This document shows, piece after piece, positions 25,751-39,285 of a stretch of 64,000 nucleotides of DNA. The stretch lies in the NCBI GenBank assembly GCA_951406725.2, contig OX597826.1, forward strand, positions 22,816,001 through 22,880,000. The letters are read 5' to 3'. The stretch is from Octopus vulgaris. Lineage: Eukaryota. Each line of letters begins with the position of its first letter. The stretch's first letter is position 1. A program made the position numbers and the translations under genes. The notes below the pieces were generated by a model, which saw only the letters and a program-made list of their open reading frames with translations, had not been told where the DNA came from and ran no database searches.

Positions 25751-26282
25751 CCGTAATTCCTCGAGTATAGTCCGCCCTTGAGTATAATATGCAGGGAATT
25801 TTTAGGAGGCTGTACCTCTGAAAACCCTAAACCTTGTGTATAATACGCACCCGTTCTCTAGAGTCGTGCGTAATTAAGACAGCAGCACCTAGTCGAACAA
25901 ACACTTCCGAGCATGCGTAATACAATAACGGTGATGTTCTTAACTGTTATATGGGAATGTAAATATGTTTGCAAATTGTTTTTGTTACATGTTATTCTGT
26001 GTTCTGAATACTTTTATTTTAATAAATGTTGCTTACTGCAAGTTATGGATGATTCTTTTATGGTTTCATTGCTTTCAGGCTCAGCTTAATATATTTTCGC
26101 GCCCGACATCTCAAAATGCGTCTGAATAAACATTGCTAGACAGTAAATAGAGACTCAGACATTGCTTAGAAAATATTTTCCATTTTTAACCTCGTATATC
26201 TCCACGTGGCTCTACGCACTAGAGATTTTGACCGTTACATTTTGGGGGTGGGGAAATGCGGATTATACTCGAGGATTTAAGG
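25751..26282. mobile_element. pogo-like MITE
   Basis: TA-ccgtaattcctcgagtatagtccgc / gcggattatactcgaggatttaagg-TA. Confidence 0.75.
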
Positions 26283-26366
26283 TAGTTGTTCTAACAAAAC
26301 ACCCACGTAAGTTGGACATAAAAATTGTCTACTGGTATTAATATCGCTTCTGTTGCTATTAATTAT

Positions 26367-26553
26367 CATGTGTGTGTGTGTACGCGCGCGCGCGCCTGTG
26401 TGTGTGCGCGCCTGTGTGTGTGCGCGCCTGTGTATGTGCGCGCCTGTGTGTGCGCGCCTGTGTGTCTGTGCGCCTGTGTGTGTGCGCGCCTGTGTGTGTG
26501 CGCGCCTGTGTGTGTGTGCACCTGTGTGTGAGTGCGCCTGTGTGTGTGTGTGT
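26367..26553. repeat. Minisatellite of about 12-16 bp, GCGCC(TG)n
   Basis: About 11 units of gcgcctgtgtgtgt. Confidence 0.9.
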
Positions 26554-26754
26554 CTTACACTGCTTCACAGCTGGTGTCGAACAAATCGACCCCAGGACTT
26601 ATTCATTGTAAGCCTAGTACTTATTCTATCGGTCTCTTTTGCCGAATCACTAAGTTACGGGGACGTAAACACTCCAACATCGGTTTCAAGCGATGGTGGG
26701 GTGACAAACACAGACACACAAATGAATACATACATACATATACATATATATATC

Positions 26755-27058
26755 ACCGTCATCACCGTGACCGACCAGGCTATCAGATGTTGCTACACAT
26801 CGCTGATCACAATGTGCTTCGCATTGTTTTAGCCTTCAAATGACGCCACCCCGCTGGCGGGGCGAGCAGGCCAACAGAAGAAAGAGTGAGAGAAAGTTGT
26901 GGCGAAAGAGTACGGCAGGGATCGTCACCACCCTGCTGGAGCCACGTGGAGATTTAGGTGTTTTCGCTCAATAAACACTCACAACGCCCGGTCTGGGAAT
27001 CGAAACCGCGATCCTACGACCGCGAGTCCGCTGCTCTAACCACTGGGCCATTGCGCCT

Positions 27059-27061
<3 letters not shown>
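26755..27061 (-). mobile_element. SINE family C with RTE-like tail
   Basis: Matches 10203-10503. Confidence 0.85.
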
Positions 27062-27105
<44 letters not shown>

Positions 27106-27224
27106 CATATATATATAAGTGTCTTCTACTATAGCCTCAAACCAACCAAAGCCTTATGAGAGTATTTTGTAGACAGAAACTGAAAGAACCCCATCCTATA
27201 TATATATATATATATATATATATA

Positions 27225-28321
27225 CTAGCATTAAAGACCCGTCGTTGCCGGATCATAGTGCTAGTGCATGTATATATGTGTATATATATGTGTACATATT
27301 ACATGTACGTCTATATATGTACATTTACACATAAAATACAAAATACAAAGTTATATCTTGATATCGCTAGTGATAACAATACTCAAAATATATAACAGAC
27401 AGGAATTGTTAGCCCGTCTCTTGTAATTTCGATCAATTGTATCTTGTCCTCCAGTCTACCTCTACTTGGGGGGGGGGGGGCATTTTAAATTTTTTTCCGG
27501 GACGTCCTACGTCCCAGATATAAAGGTAAAAATAAAATATTTCCACTTTGCAAGTTCGAGTCGAGTACTCCCTTGCTTCTATTGTGGCGAATTTACCGCC
27601 TCTGATTAGATACCTTTCATAGTCGCACCAAGACACTTTTCGAAGGTGCTTTCCTCCATGTGTTCAAATCTTCTTTTTTCTCTACATTGTATACTTTATA
27701 GACAATAGCTTTTTCTTTAATTTAATTTTTTATTATCCATCTGGACTATTCCATTTCTGCACGCTAATTTTATTTTTAATTTATTCCCATTCAAGTTCAA
27801 GTCATTGATGCAATTTTATATCAATTGCTATTTTTACTTTTGTTATGTTACGATTATATTATACTTTAGTTTGATTTTAATTATTACTTACTACATATAA
27901 TTCAATTGTTATTATTATTTTTATTGTTAAAGTGAAAGTATCTGACATAAAATGGAGAAACGTTTTTGTTTCACTTTTAACACGTAGTACTGAAATAGTG
28001 GAGAAGATATGATATTGCTATGGGCTCGCTCTAGGCAAGAAGTTGAACATTTATTTTGCCCATGAAACTACATGGACCCTGAGTAAGGCATATGTAAAAT
28101 TTGAATGGAACTGGTTGTGTAGTTCTCAAGTTTTAGGGAATCGTAGTGGAGAAGATATGATATTGCTGTGGGCTCGCCCTAGGCAAAAAGTTCAAAATTA
28201 AGGCATGTGTAAAATTTGAATGAAATTGGTTGTGTAGTTCTCAAGTTTTAGGGAAACACACACACAGACAAATAGACAGACAGACAGACACACATTCTCA
28301 GTTTTATATATATAATAAAGA
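27225..28321 (-). mobile_element. Non-autonomous Helitron
   Basis: Minus strand 5' TCTTTATTATATATATAAAAC, 3' GC-rich ccggcaacgacggg then CTAG; internal tandem duplication about 27995-28255. Confidence 0.7.
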
Positions 28322-28322
28322 T

Positions 28323-28748
28323 AGTCGTTGCCCTGCAGCCATGCTGGAGTGTGACATGAAAGATCTAGGCGAACAAATCCCCCAATATTTATATTTCTAA
28401 CGTCTGGTAGCTTATTCTATTGGTTGCTTTTACCCACAACAGTTATATTACGGGGACGTAATTGATGCAGGAATGGCTGTGTGGTAAGAAGCTTGCTTCC
28501 CAACCACATGGTTCCGGGTTTGGTCTCACTGTGTGGAACCTTGGGTAAGTGTCTTCTGGGGTTCTTTCAGTTTTTGTCTACAAAATCCTCTCATAAGGCT
28601 TTGGTTGGTTTGAGGCTATAGTAGAAGACTGTTGTGGGTAAAAGCAACCGATAGAATAAGCTACCAGACGTTAGAAATATAAATATTGGGGGATTTGTTC
28701 GCCTAGATCTTTCATGTCACACTCCAGCATGGCTGCAGGGCAACGACT
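28323..28748. repeat. Near-perfect inverted repeat of about 120 bp made of SINE A tail sequence
   Basis: 28323-28443 is the reverse complement of 28628-28748 with about 1 mismatch. Confidence 0.9.
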
Positions 28749-29190
28749 GGAAGAAGTAAAAGATAAAGTGTACACCGATCTATATTATTCAATGCGAACT
28801 TCCTCTTTTAAGACAGTAGGGTGTTATTTGAAGGAAACTGGGCTGCTACGTTTAGCAAACTCGAGCAACAGCTCAACGTAGAAGCGAACATTTTGAGCTA
28901 AACCTTTCCTGGAGCTGGTCTTACTGTTTATTCTTATAAGGTCAATAAAGCAGCGAGCTGACTGAATCGTTAGCACGTCAGATAAAAAGCTTAGCGGCAT
29001 TTCTTCTCTCTTTACGCTCTGAGTTCAAATTCCACCGAGGTCAACTTTGTTCCTCGTGCTTTCGGCGTCGATAAAATAAGTATTTGTAGAGCACCGGAGT
29101 CGATGTAGTCGATTACCCCCCGCCCAAACTTTCCGGCCTTTTGTCAAGTAGAAATGATTCTTGTAGCATCGGTAAAATATTTCCAGTAAC

Positions 29191-29355
29191 AGGCGCAGGC
29201 GTGGCTTTGTGGTAGGAAGCTTGCTTCCCAACCACATGGTTCCGGGTTCAGTTCCATTGCACGGCACCTTGGGCAAGTATCTTCTGCAAAAGCCCAGGCC
29301 GACCAAATTCTTGTGAGTAGATTTTGGTAAACAACAAGTGAAAGAAGCCTGTCGA

Positions 29356-29386
<31 letters not shown>

Positions 29387-29610
29387 TGTATGTATGTATG
29401 TATGTATGTATGTGTCCACCACTACCGATTGACAACCGGTGTTGGTTTGTTTAAGTAGTTGTAACTTAGTGGTTCGTCAAAAAGATACCGATAGAATATA
29501 TACCAGACTTTAAAACAAGTCCTGGGGTCGATTTCCTTGACGAAAACCTTCAAGGCAGTGCCCCAGCATGGTTACAGTTTAATAACTCACACAAGTAAAG
29601 GAACAAAATA
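29191..29610 (+). mobile_element. SINE family A
   Basis: ggcgcaggcgtggct head, internal (TATG)n. Confidence 0.85.
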
Positions 29611-29860
29611 ATAAAAATATATGCAGTTCATTTAATCGACTTGATAACAATATTTTGGCCGCTGGTTTCTCAGGTGCAGAAAGAAATCAAAAGAAAGCTA
29701 AAAGGCAAGGAAACGATTTCAGCAGCGTAGCATCTGTTTTTGCTGCTCTATGAAGTAGCTCTTTTGCCGAACCGCTAAGTAAACACACCAACACCGATTG
29801 TCAAGTGGTAATGGGAGGACAAATACAGACATAAAGACACACACACACATATATACATAA

Positions 29861-29939
<79 letters not shown>

Positions 29940-30023
29940 TATATACGTCGGACTTCTTTCAGTTTTTCGTCTGCCAAAACCACTCACAAGACAGACCTTG
30001 GTCGGCCCACGGTATTAGCAGAA

Positions 30024-30258
30024 GACGGCGATCTAGCAGAAACGTTAGCACGCCGGGCAAATTACGTAGCCGTATTGCGTCTGCCGTTACGTTCTGAGTT
30101 CAAATTCCGCCGAGGTCGACTTTGCTTTTCATCCTTTCTGGGTCGATTAAATAAGTACCAGTTACGCACTGGGGTCGATGTAATCGACTTAATACCTATG
30201 TCTGTCCTTGTTTGTCCCTTCTATGTTTAGCTCCTTGTGGGTAATAAAGAAATAGGTA
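30024..30258 (+). mobile_element. SINE family B
   Basis: Deu/Nin-like motif. Confidence 0.85.
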
Positions 30259-30268
30259 TTAGTAGAAG

Positions 30269-30333
<65 letters not shown>

Positions 30334-30336
<3 letters not shown>

Positions 30337-31492
30337 TCTATATATAAAACTGAAATGCGTTTTTACCGCTTGGCTCGCTTTCAATGCCACTACATCCCGT
30401 CCGATTCGCTCCAAAATTTACAGGGGACATGTAAAATGAGGTGACGATGCCCGTGGGCTACCTTAGAAATCCCTATCTTAAAAGGTGTGGTTGCTAGGGG
30501 CCATCTTCCTCACTCACGCTATTTCCTCCTTTCCCCCCTAACTCCCCTTCATTTATAACTTTGACAATTCCACTCCCGTTATTTAATGTAAAGTTCGTCA
30601 GACGGCGTTCTTTGATGTATCTGTCTGCATTCATAGGGAGAATTATCATCGCCACACGCCACCACCAACACACAATCATGAGATCAAATATTATGAATCA
30701 GATATTCATTGCGTTCATTTATATATGTGTGTGTGTTCGATATATAAATATGTATATATAATGTATATATACAAAGTGTATATATCTGTATTTATGTATA
30801 TTAAACTTTTTAATACTTTTTGATAGTTATATATATTTTTAAACAAATTATAAATATAATTTAATAATTTTTATTTTAAATTTAAATAATTTAAATTTTT
30901 CAATTTTATATATTTTATATATTATATTTTTAAAATTTACAGGGACATGTAAAATGAGGTGACGATGCCCGTGGGCTACCTTAGAAATATACATGTGTAT
31001 ACATTACACATGTATATATATATATGTATACACATGTATATATACACATGTATAAATATATATGAATACACATGTATATATACATATGTATATATACATG
31101 TATAGACACATCTTTAATTAAACTATTGACCGCCTTAAAACGGATTTCAACAGACAAATATTACTATAATGGGGAATTAAATGAATTTATTTATAAACTT
31201 TAAACTGAACTTCAATTGTTTTATAAACCTAACAGCGTGGTGGTACGTAAATAAACAGCGTAAATTAACGAAGGTATAAACCTGACGTAAATACACGAAA
31301 TTGACGTACTTTCACTTCTGACAACTAACAGCATGACAGTCTGGGTCAACAGTTCGTTTCCTCGGAGGATATGGAAATTCTTATTACCCGTCAGAGAAAT
31401 AACTACACCAGTTCACAACTATTTCAACAAAGACAAGGTTACCTGCTTAACAGTCGAATTCAGCGTCAACGCTCACGTATGAGAGAGACTCC

Positions 31493-31538
<46 letters not shown>

Positions 31539-31981
31539 TACACATATATACATATATATATATATAATGTGTGCATTATATGGGAGAATCATCATCATGA
31601 TCATCATCATAATTATCATCGTTTAACGTCCGTTTTCCGTGCTAGCACGGGTTGGACAGTTTGACCGGGGTCTGGGAAGTCAGGAGGCTGCACCAGGCTC
31701 CAGTCTGATCTGGCAGTGTTTCTACAGGTGGATGCCCTTCCTAACGCCAACCACTCTGTGAGCGTAGTGGGCGCTTTTTTCGTGCCGCCGGCACAGGTGC
31801 CAGGGGGGCTGGCAGCGGCCACGATCGGTTGGTGCTTTTTACGTGCCACCAGCACAGAAGCCAGTCAAGGCGGCGCTGCAATCGGCCACGTTCAGATGGT
31901 GCTTTTTACGTGCTGAAAGGAAGCAACAGAAAGTAACAACCACACTCTTAACCGCGCGTAGAGCGGGTCACCTTCAGCTAG
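30334..31981 (+). mobile_element. Non-autonomous Helitron with a nested SINE-like insert (31615-31912)
   Basis: A|TCTTCTATATATAAAAC ... accgcgcgtagagcggg..CTAG|T; direct repeat of about 57 bp at 30414-30470 and 30932-30988. Confidence 0.7.
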
Positions 31982-32228
31982 TATATATATAAATCTTTCC
32001 TTCTCTAACCATGCCAGGCTCATAAGGGCCCGTTTCCCGGTTTTCATGGCTTGCATATCCCCCACCTGGACGGGACGCGCCGATCCGTTACAGGATTACT
32101 CATTTTTGTCAGCTGAGTTGATTGGAGTAACGTGAAATGAAGTGTTTTGCTCCAGAACACAACACATTGCCCATTCCAGGAATTGAAACCACAATCTTAC
32201 GATCATGAGTCCAACACCCTAACATGTT

Positions 32229-32280
<52 letters not shown>

Positions 32281-32288
32281 TACATATG

Positions 32289-32819
32289 TCTCTTATATAA
32301 AATCCGTTCTGTCTGTCTGTATGTGTGTCTTCTTAGATCTCGGGCATCCTCCATCCGATTGCGCTCAAATTTGATATGTAGATACCGACGGTATCAGGGC
32401 GTGTATAAGTCTTGAAAACTTTCCAGGTGAGAATGCGATCGATAAAGCCGTTTTTGTCCTGCTTTTCTTCTGTCAACCTGTACATAACTGCACCTTCCAT
32501 TTTTTGTTGTTTTTGTACTGCTTAAAGGCACGTTTCTTTCCTGCCAAGCCTACTATTTAAACCATGTTTGTGTTCTCCTAGTCAACAGCCTTATCATTAC
32601 CGGTACGTTAAACTCTTCGGTTGCATATTTGTGTGAATAAAACCGTTTTTCTTTGGAATAGAAAAAAGTCTATCTTTATTTCTTCTTTTGCTGGTGTCTC
32701 AAATTTAGGTTAAATCAGTGTTTCTCAAAGGGGAGACCTATGGGACGGTCGGACAAGTTGTTTTGAGAAAATTTAGTTTAAATGTTTGACAACTCCATTG
32801 GACGGGGTGCATTTTGCTC

Positions 32820-32821
<2 letters not shown>
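32289..32821 (+). mobile_element. Helitron/DINE-like short element family
   Basis: tcttatataaaatccgttctgtctgtctg...ttttgctcgt; reverse copies at 36441-36812 and 63176-63519. Confidence 0.7.
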
Positions 32822-32867
<46 letters not shown>

Positions 32868-33048
32868 AGTTTGATCTGAGAACATAATATTTTGTGGAGA
32901 ATGGCGATTTGACGTCTATATCTAGCATGTTGACTGTCCACTTTTTCGTGTTCAGTCCTTAATTGGTATATATAAATATTTAATCTTCGGATTTTTTTAA
33001 TATGCTAGACCACTGGTTTTAATTGATAAATATTGATTTCTACCATTA

Positions 33049-33095
<47 letters not shown>

Positions 33096-33322
33096 GCAGT
33101 CCATGCGTATCACTCAGGTTTGCGAGAGGAGATGACCTCCCTTTGCAAATATCATAAGGGCATAGAAATTGTGTCTAAAGTCAGCTGGAGACGCATCGTC
33201 TCCTGGGGCTAAAAAGCTACAGTAACACCCACCCCTAGTAGTTAGCCATATTGAGATGGCTAGTATACTTTACGTTGTCGAGCGCTTACTGTTTACATCT
33301 CGTTCAGAGATTTATTATTGCT

Positions 33323-33354
<32 letters not shown>

Positions 33355-33364
<10 letters not shown>

Positions 33365-33541
33365 ATCCAAACAAGAAAGCACAAAAAAACACAACAACGC
33401 GAGGACGTGGAACAATTATAGTATTATTGGACGCTCAGGAAAGAAGGAGGTTTTAATGTTTCGAGCGGAACTCTTCGTCGGAAACATAGGAGAAGGAAAG
33501 ATCCAGAGAAGGGAAGACAGAGGAAAAAAAATCGCAACGGT
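33355..33541 (-). mobile_element. Penelope-like terminal fragment with a degenerate hammerhead
   Basis: 33450-33485 on the minus strand: gttt-cCGACGA-a-gagttccgctc-GAAAC-att-aaaac. Confidence 0.45.
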
Positions 33542-33557
33542 AGACAGACAGACAGAC

Positions 33558-33634
<77 letters not shown>
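33541..33634. repeat. (GACA)n(GATA)n microsatellite
   Basis: Direct reading. Confidence 0.95.
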
Positions 33635-33635
<1 letters not shown>

Positions 33636-34538
33636 CTAAATGAAAAGTAATCTCAAGGAGTGAGTAGCAGCTAACTTGAAGGAATTAGCTATTAAAAGAA
33701 CAACATATTTTTAAAGAACAGCGTCAGATTAATGGAATAGATAGAATACAATAACGGCAGCGAGTAAACAAAAAAGTTGAAGAAATATACTTTACAAGAA
33801 TAGTGTCGACTCGTTATTAGACGTGGGTTTGTTGATTCGTTCTTGTCATATTCCAGACAAGAACGTGGATAGATTCCTATCAGAACTATGTATATAATAG
33901 TAATAATAATGATAATAATGATTTCTTTTATGTGCCACTAGGGCGAAGGGTGAGGTGGCCAATAGAAACACAGACATAAAATGGGGTGGGGGTTACATAT
34001 AATGAAATGATTAAAAAAAAGGAAAGAAAAATTAGTATACGCGATATACGATAAACAAAGTATATATAGGCATAGGAGTGGCTGTGAGGCAAGTTCCTTG
34101 CTCATGGTCTCTGAGTTCATTCCCACTGCATGGCACCTTCGGCAAGTGCCTTCTACAATAGCCTCGGGCCGACCGAAGCCTTGTGAGTGGATTTGTTAGA
34201 TGGAAACTGAAAGAAGCCCATAGTATATATCATGTTCTCCGTTTTCTTTGTTTGTTTGTTTGTTTGTTTGTTTTTGTATTTGTTGCCGTACACATTCGCT
34301 AGCTTTCTTACAAAGGGGTCTAATGCTCTAAGCTTAGACTTTTTGGGGAGCAACCAGATCGAACTATCTCATGTGTAACTGTCCGAAATGGTCGTGACTG
34401 CTAGTACTTGACTGATGAAAGAAAGCCAAGAATGACCCGTCCTCTTTTGCCTGTCCTTCTAATTGTTGTTTCTCTTGTCCGCCTTTGTGTTGTCTATCTG
34501 TCCGAACGTTTTAATACCCTCTATTCCGTTTTTGCTCC

Positions 34539-34584
<46 letters not shown>

Positions 34585-35007
34585 CATATGTGTGTGTGTG
34601 TTTGTCTCCCTATCATCGCTTGACAACCGATGTTGGTGAGTTTAGTCTCCACAACTTAGCATTTCGTCCAGCGTGATAACAATTCGTCCAACTCGCCACC
34701 TTTTGTTTCTAAAATGTTGTGAAATTTGGAAGGAGGGGACTAGTTGATTATATTGACCCTAGTATTTGACTGGTATATTATTTTATCGACCCTGAAAGGA
34801 TGAAAAAGCATAGTTGAAATCTTCAGAATTCGAACTCGAGAAGTAAAGAACTGGGAGAAATGCTGCAAGACATTTTGCCCGACGTTTATACAATTCTGCC
34901 AATCTACCATGCGATATAACAATATATAACCGAAGCACAAGCCCGGCGACCCCGGGTGGCGGGAGTGGTTAGTCGACATTACCAAAAGAAATATTTTAAA
35001 GGTTCAT

Positions 35008-35220
35008 AAGGCGGCGAGCTGGCAGAATCGTTAGCACGCCGGACAAAATGTTTAGCGGCATTTCGTCCGTCTTTACGTTCTGAGTTCAAATTCCGCGGAG
35101 ATTGACTTTGCCCTTCATCCTATCGGGGTCAATAAATTAAGTACCAGTTGTGTACTGGGGTCGATGTAATCGACTGGCCCCCTCCCCCAAAATTTCGGAC
35201 CTTGAGTCTAGAGTAGAAAA
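35008..35220 (+). mobile_element. SINE family B, full length, followed by (ATT)n
   Basis: aaggcggcgagctggcagaatcgttagc head. Confidence 0.85.
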
Positions 35221-35229
35221 TATTATTAC

Positions 35230-35289
<60 letters not shown>

Positions 35290-35296
35290 GAAAGCG

Positions 35297-35577
35297 TAGA
35301 GGCACATGGCCTAGTGTTTAGATCGCGGGTTCGAATCTCAGACTGGGCGATGTGTATGTTTATGAGCGAAACACCTATGCTCCACGCGGCTCCGGCAGAA
35401 GGTAACGGCGAACTTCTGCTGACTCTTTCGCCACAACTTTCTCTCACTCTTTCCTCCTGCTTCTTGCAGCTCACTTGCGACGGACCGGTGTCCCATCCAT
35501 GTGGGGAACCTATACGCCAAGGAAACCGGGGACATCGGCCCTATGAGCCAGGTGTGGCTCGAGAAGGAACAAACAAT
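35297..35577 (+). mobile_element. SINE family C
   Basis: tggcctagtg A box-like sequence, ggttcgaatc B box. Confidence 0.8.
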
Positions 35578-36201
35578 ATTATGAAAGCAATTGAACGCTG
35601 GGGACGATCTAATCGACTTACTCCCTTCCCTGAACTTGCTGGCCTTCAGCCGAAATTTGAAACCAATATTTTAAAAGTATTTTGTTTTAATGATGTCTGA
35701 AAGATGGAAAGCAAAGTTAACCTCGGCAGAATTTGAACTCAGAACGTAAAGAGTCAGAAGAAATGCTACTAAGCGTTATGCCTGACAGTCTATTGATCCT
35801 TCCAATCCACTGTCGCTGGCGATGATGATGATTTTAGACAAAAGTCCAACTTTTTTAATGGGGTCGGCGTTAATCCAATACATTGACCACAAGACTTTAA
35901 TGGTGCTTCATTTTATCAACCCAAAAGAATGAAATGTTACTCTACGAGATTTGAACTCACTCAAAGCATAAAGAGCTGGAACAAATGCCGCAAAGCATTT
36001 CTTCCGACGCTTTAACTATCTGTCGTCTGCCAGTCCGCCTAAAATTTAGCGGGAAAGATAAAATCCAAAATTTCTCATTGGGGTGTGACGAGGGTCTATA
36101 ACAGTGTTTCTCACCCACTTTTTTTCCTATGGACCCGTTTGATTCCTATTTTATTTGGATGGACTAACATAGACACACACACACACGCACACACACACAC
36201 G

Positions 36202-36240
<39 letters not shown>

Positions 36241-36409
36241 TGGGTTTCTACACAGTTTCCGTCTACCAAATTAACTCATATTAGTCGATGCAGGGCCGCA
36301 GGGTTGTAGTAGAAAACACTTTCGCAAGGTGCCACGCACTGGGACTGAAACCGAGACCACATGACTGCAACATGAGCTTCTTAATCATTCAGCCTTACTT
36401 GCATACATG

Positions 36410-36440
<31 letters not shown>

Positions 36441-36441
<1 letters not shown>

Positions 36442-36812
36442 CGAGCAAAACGCCCCCCCCCCGTCCAATGGACGGTGCTGAGTTGTCAAACATTTAAACC
36501 AAATTTTCTCAAAACAACTTATCCGACTGTCCCATAAGCCTCCCCTTTGAGAAACACTGATTTAACCTAAATTTGAGACACCAGCAAAAGACGGATTTCG
36601 ACTGATGTACTTGCGCGTACAAATGCACGTTCCCACGGCTTTATCGATCGCATTCTCACCTGGAATCGATTTTTGTAATTTTTTTCAAAACTAATACACG
36701 CCCTGATACCGTCGGTATCTACATATAAAATTTGAGCGCAATCGGATGGAGGATACCCGAGATCCTAGAAGACACACAGACAGACAGACAGAACGGATTT
36801 TATATAATAGAT
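36441..36812 (-). mobile_element. Helitron/DINE-like short element
   Basis: Reverse copy of 32289-32821. Confidence 0.7.
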
Positions 36813-37499
36813 ACACACACACACACACATTCGCTTCAATCCAACAAGTCCTGACAGCGTCCTCAAACAAGGCAGCCCAGAGTTAGTTCTTTATTTTCAC
36901 TAACCTCTTCCGTCTTTCTTCAGGCATATTGTTTCGAAACACATTACACTGGTTCCGGTTTCTAATTAAGTTCAACCCTTTTTTATCCTGCCCGCTACCG
37001 TCCAATCGCTGTCATTTCCAACATCATAAAGGTGAAACCACCAGGACGGTTTTTATAAAGCTAGATCTACTGGAGATCTCTTCTCAGCTGACTTGAAGAA
37101 ATTTAATAAAATCTGTTGTTGTTTTCGAATATCCTGGCAAAACTTCCCGCCTTTAATCTGTCTCTCAGCTCACAAATAAATGTCTTCCTGTCATATTGTA
37201 TTTTTGCGGCTTCTGCTAATGGACTTCTCTCTGATGACCACAGTCAACTCTGGTGTGTGTGTGGAAGAACGTGATGTATACATCGAGCCCTCACCGCTTC
37301 CACACATACACATCACGTTCTTCCTCTCTTATATGTCAACTGACGTCATTTCCAGCACAGGTAGTACCACCTTTCATTTCTCCCTAACATTTCACGCCCA
37401 AGTGTCGTCTTCACGCAACCATTACATTCCGTGCTAAATCTACGCAGACTTAATAAACAGGGATCTCAAAACCCTCTTCCGATGATTTAATGTTAATCT

Positions 37500-38140
37500 T
37501 GTCTCCCTTAGCATCAAAAGATAATCACTGCACACATCAAGAAAAATATTATCGCACCCACATATCACACATGGAGAAAACAACCATCGCACCCCACCAA
37601 CATGATCATCACGTAAACAGACCCCTCTACGATTGCTTTATATGCTGGGCCTTATAATCACTCAGGCTGTCTTCTAACGAACAAACCCTATCAAAATAGC
37701 AATCACTGCATTTCTAACGCTAGTTCTACACTTCAGAGCCACGAAATACTTGATCTACCAACAACTGCTAATGTTCTACAAAGCTCAAGTGAGACTCACG
37801 AAGGAGTACACCGATTTCCACAACTCGGACGGCGTTGCTTGTCCGAACTATGACATCCTATAACGCATCTAGAGAAAGTCCCCGAGGCTAACTGACATAA
37901 ACTCGTTCACAAACGCACACCAACATCATACTGTCTTCTCTTCTTGACTGTTCTACAGATAACTTAGTACCCTTTGCTCCTCGGAACTAGCTCATCTTAT
38001 GCTTATCTTGACCCAGGCAATCTCAATTTACTCATATCTCCTTTTTCCGCCACATATAGTGTACACCACCATTCGGTAAAAGCCGTCGTTGCTTTCGACA
38101 TCAGAAAAGCTTTCGGTCGTGTTTGGTACGCGAATACACC
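37500..38140 (+). mobile_element. Old, highly decayed CR1/L2/Jockey-group RT fragments
   Basis: LMFYKAQVR..KEY near 37770; AVVAFDIRKAFGRVW near 38082 (resembles LDISKAFDRVWH). Confidence 0.5.
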
Positions 38141-38877
38141 TCGGCAAAACTTCCCCACCTATGATCTCTATATATTTCTCTTGTTGTCTTTGTGTCATAT
38201 CGTACGATTGCGTCACTAACTTCGACATCCAGTCCGTTCTTCTTCACAGTAGCGTAGCTGGAGTGGGGTCGAAGGTGGAGGTCCGCTACGGACGACATTT
38301 TTATAGAGGCGGAGGTAGCAAACACAAAAACTTCTGTGGGTGGCATACCCTTAAGCTACGCTACTTCTTCCTCTAGAACAGATTTTTGGGGGCCCATGAA
38401 ATCAAAATAGTAACTTGGGGATCCATGGTAGCATTTTAGGGGTCGATGAAAAATAAATTGTGCTTAAGCTTTTATTGTATTTATTGGAAGAAACAACTAA
38501 GTTTCTTTACCAGCGAATGGGCGAAAAACAAAATAGAATTGTGAAAGCATCTTTGAAACTAGTTTTTAAACATAGAATGACTTTGGGATTCACCAGAATA
38601 AAATGGTAATCAAAAGGGTCCTAGGTTTAAAAAATGATTAAGAGCAGCTCTTAGAGTATTTCTTGCTGGTCATGGTTCTTCCCTGTAGCTTTTGACTTGC
38701 AATCCGTTTAAAACCAAATGTTAACGTTATCAGTCACATAAAGTCTGAGAGAACTTCCTTCAGATCAACCCAATAAAACGAAAAATATATAACCTGAATG
38801 ATTGTACAAATGGTATGGATACTATATTTTCCAAAAGAAAAATAGTTTTGCGCATGTGCAGAAGTACACGCAGTAAT

Positions 38878-39285
38878 CTTTTATTTGTTTTAGTCATTGG
38901 GCTGCGGCCATGCTGCAGCACTTCTTTCAAGAATTTTTAGTCGAATGAATCTGCCCGTGTACTTGCTTTTCTTTTTTGAAACCTGATACTTTCTTTCTAT
39001 CGGTCACTTTTGCCAAACCGCTAACTTACAGGGACGTAAACACACCAATACCGGTTGTCAAGCGAGGGGAACAGATATGAAGACGCACGCACACACATAC
39101 AAACATATATATATATATATATATATATATACGACGGGCTTCTTTCAGTTTCCGTCCACCAAATCTACTCACAAAGCTTTGGTCAGCTCGAGGCTACAGT
39201 AGAAGACATTTGCCCAAAGTGTCATGCAGTGAGACTGAACCCAGAACCATGTGGTTAACAAGAAAGCTTCTTGCCACACAACCAC
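38878..39285 (-). mobile_element. SINE family A
   Basis: Matches other copies. Confidence 0.8.
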
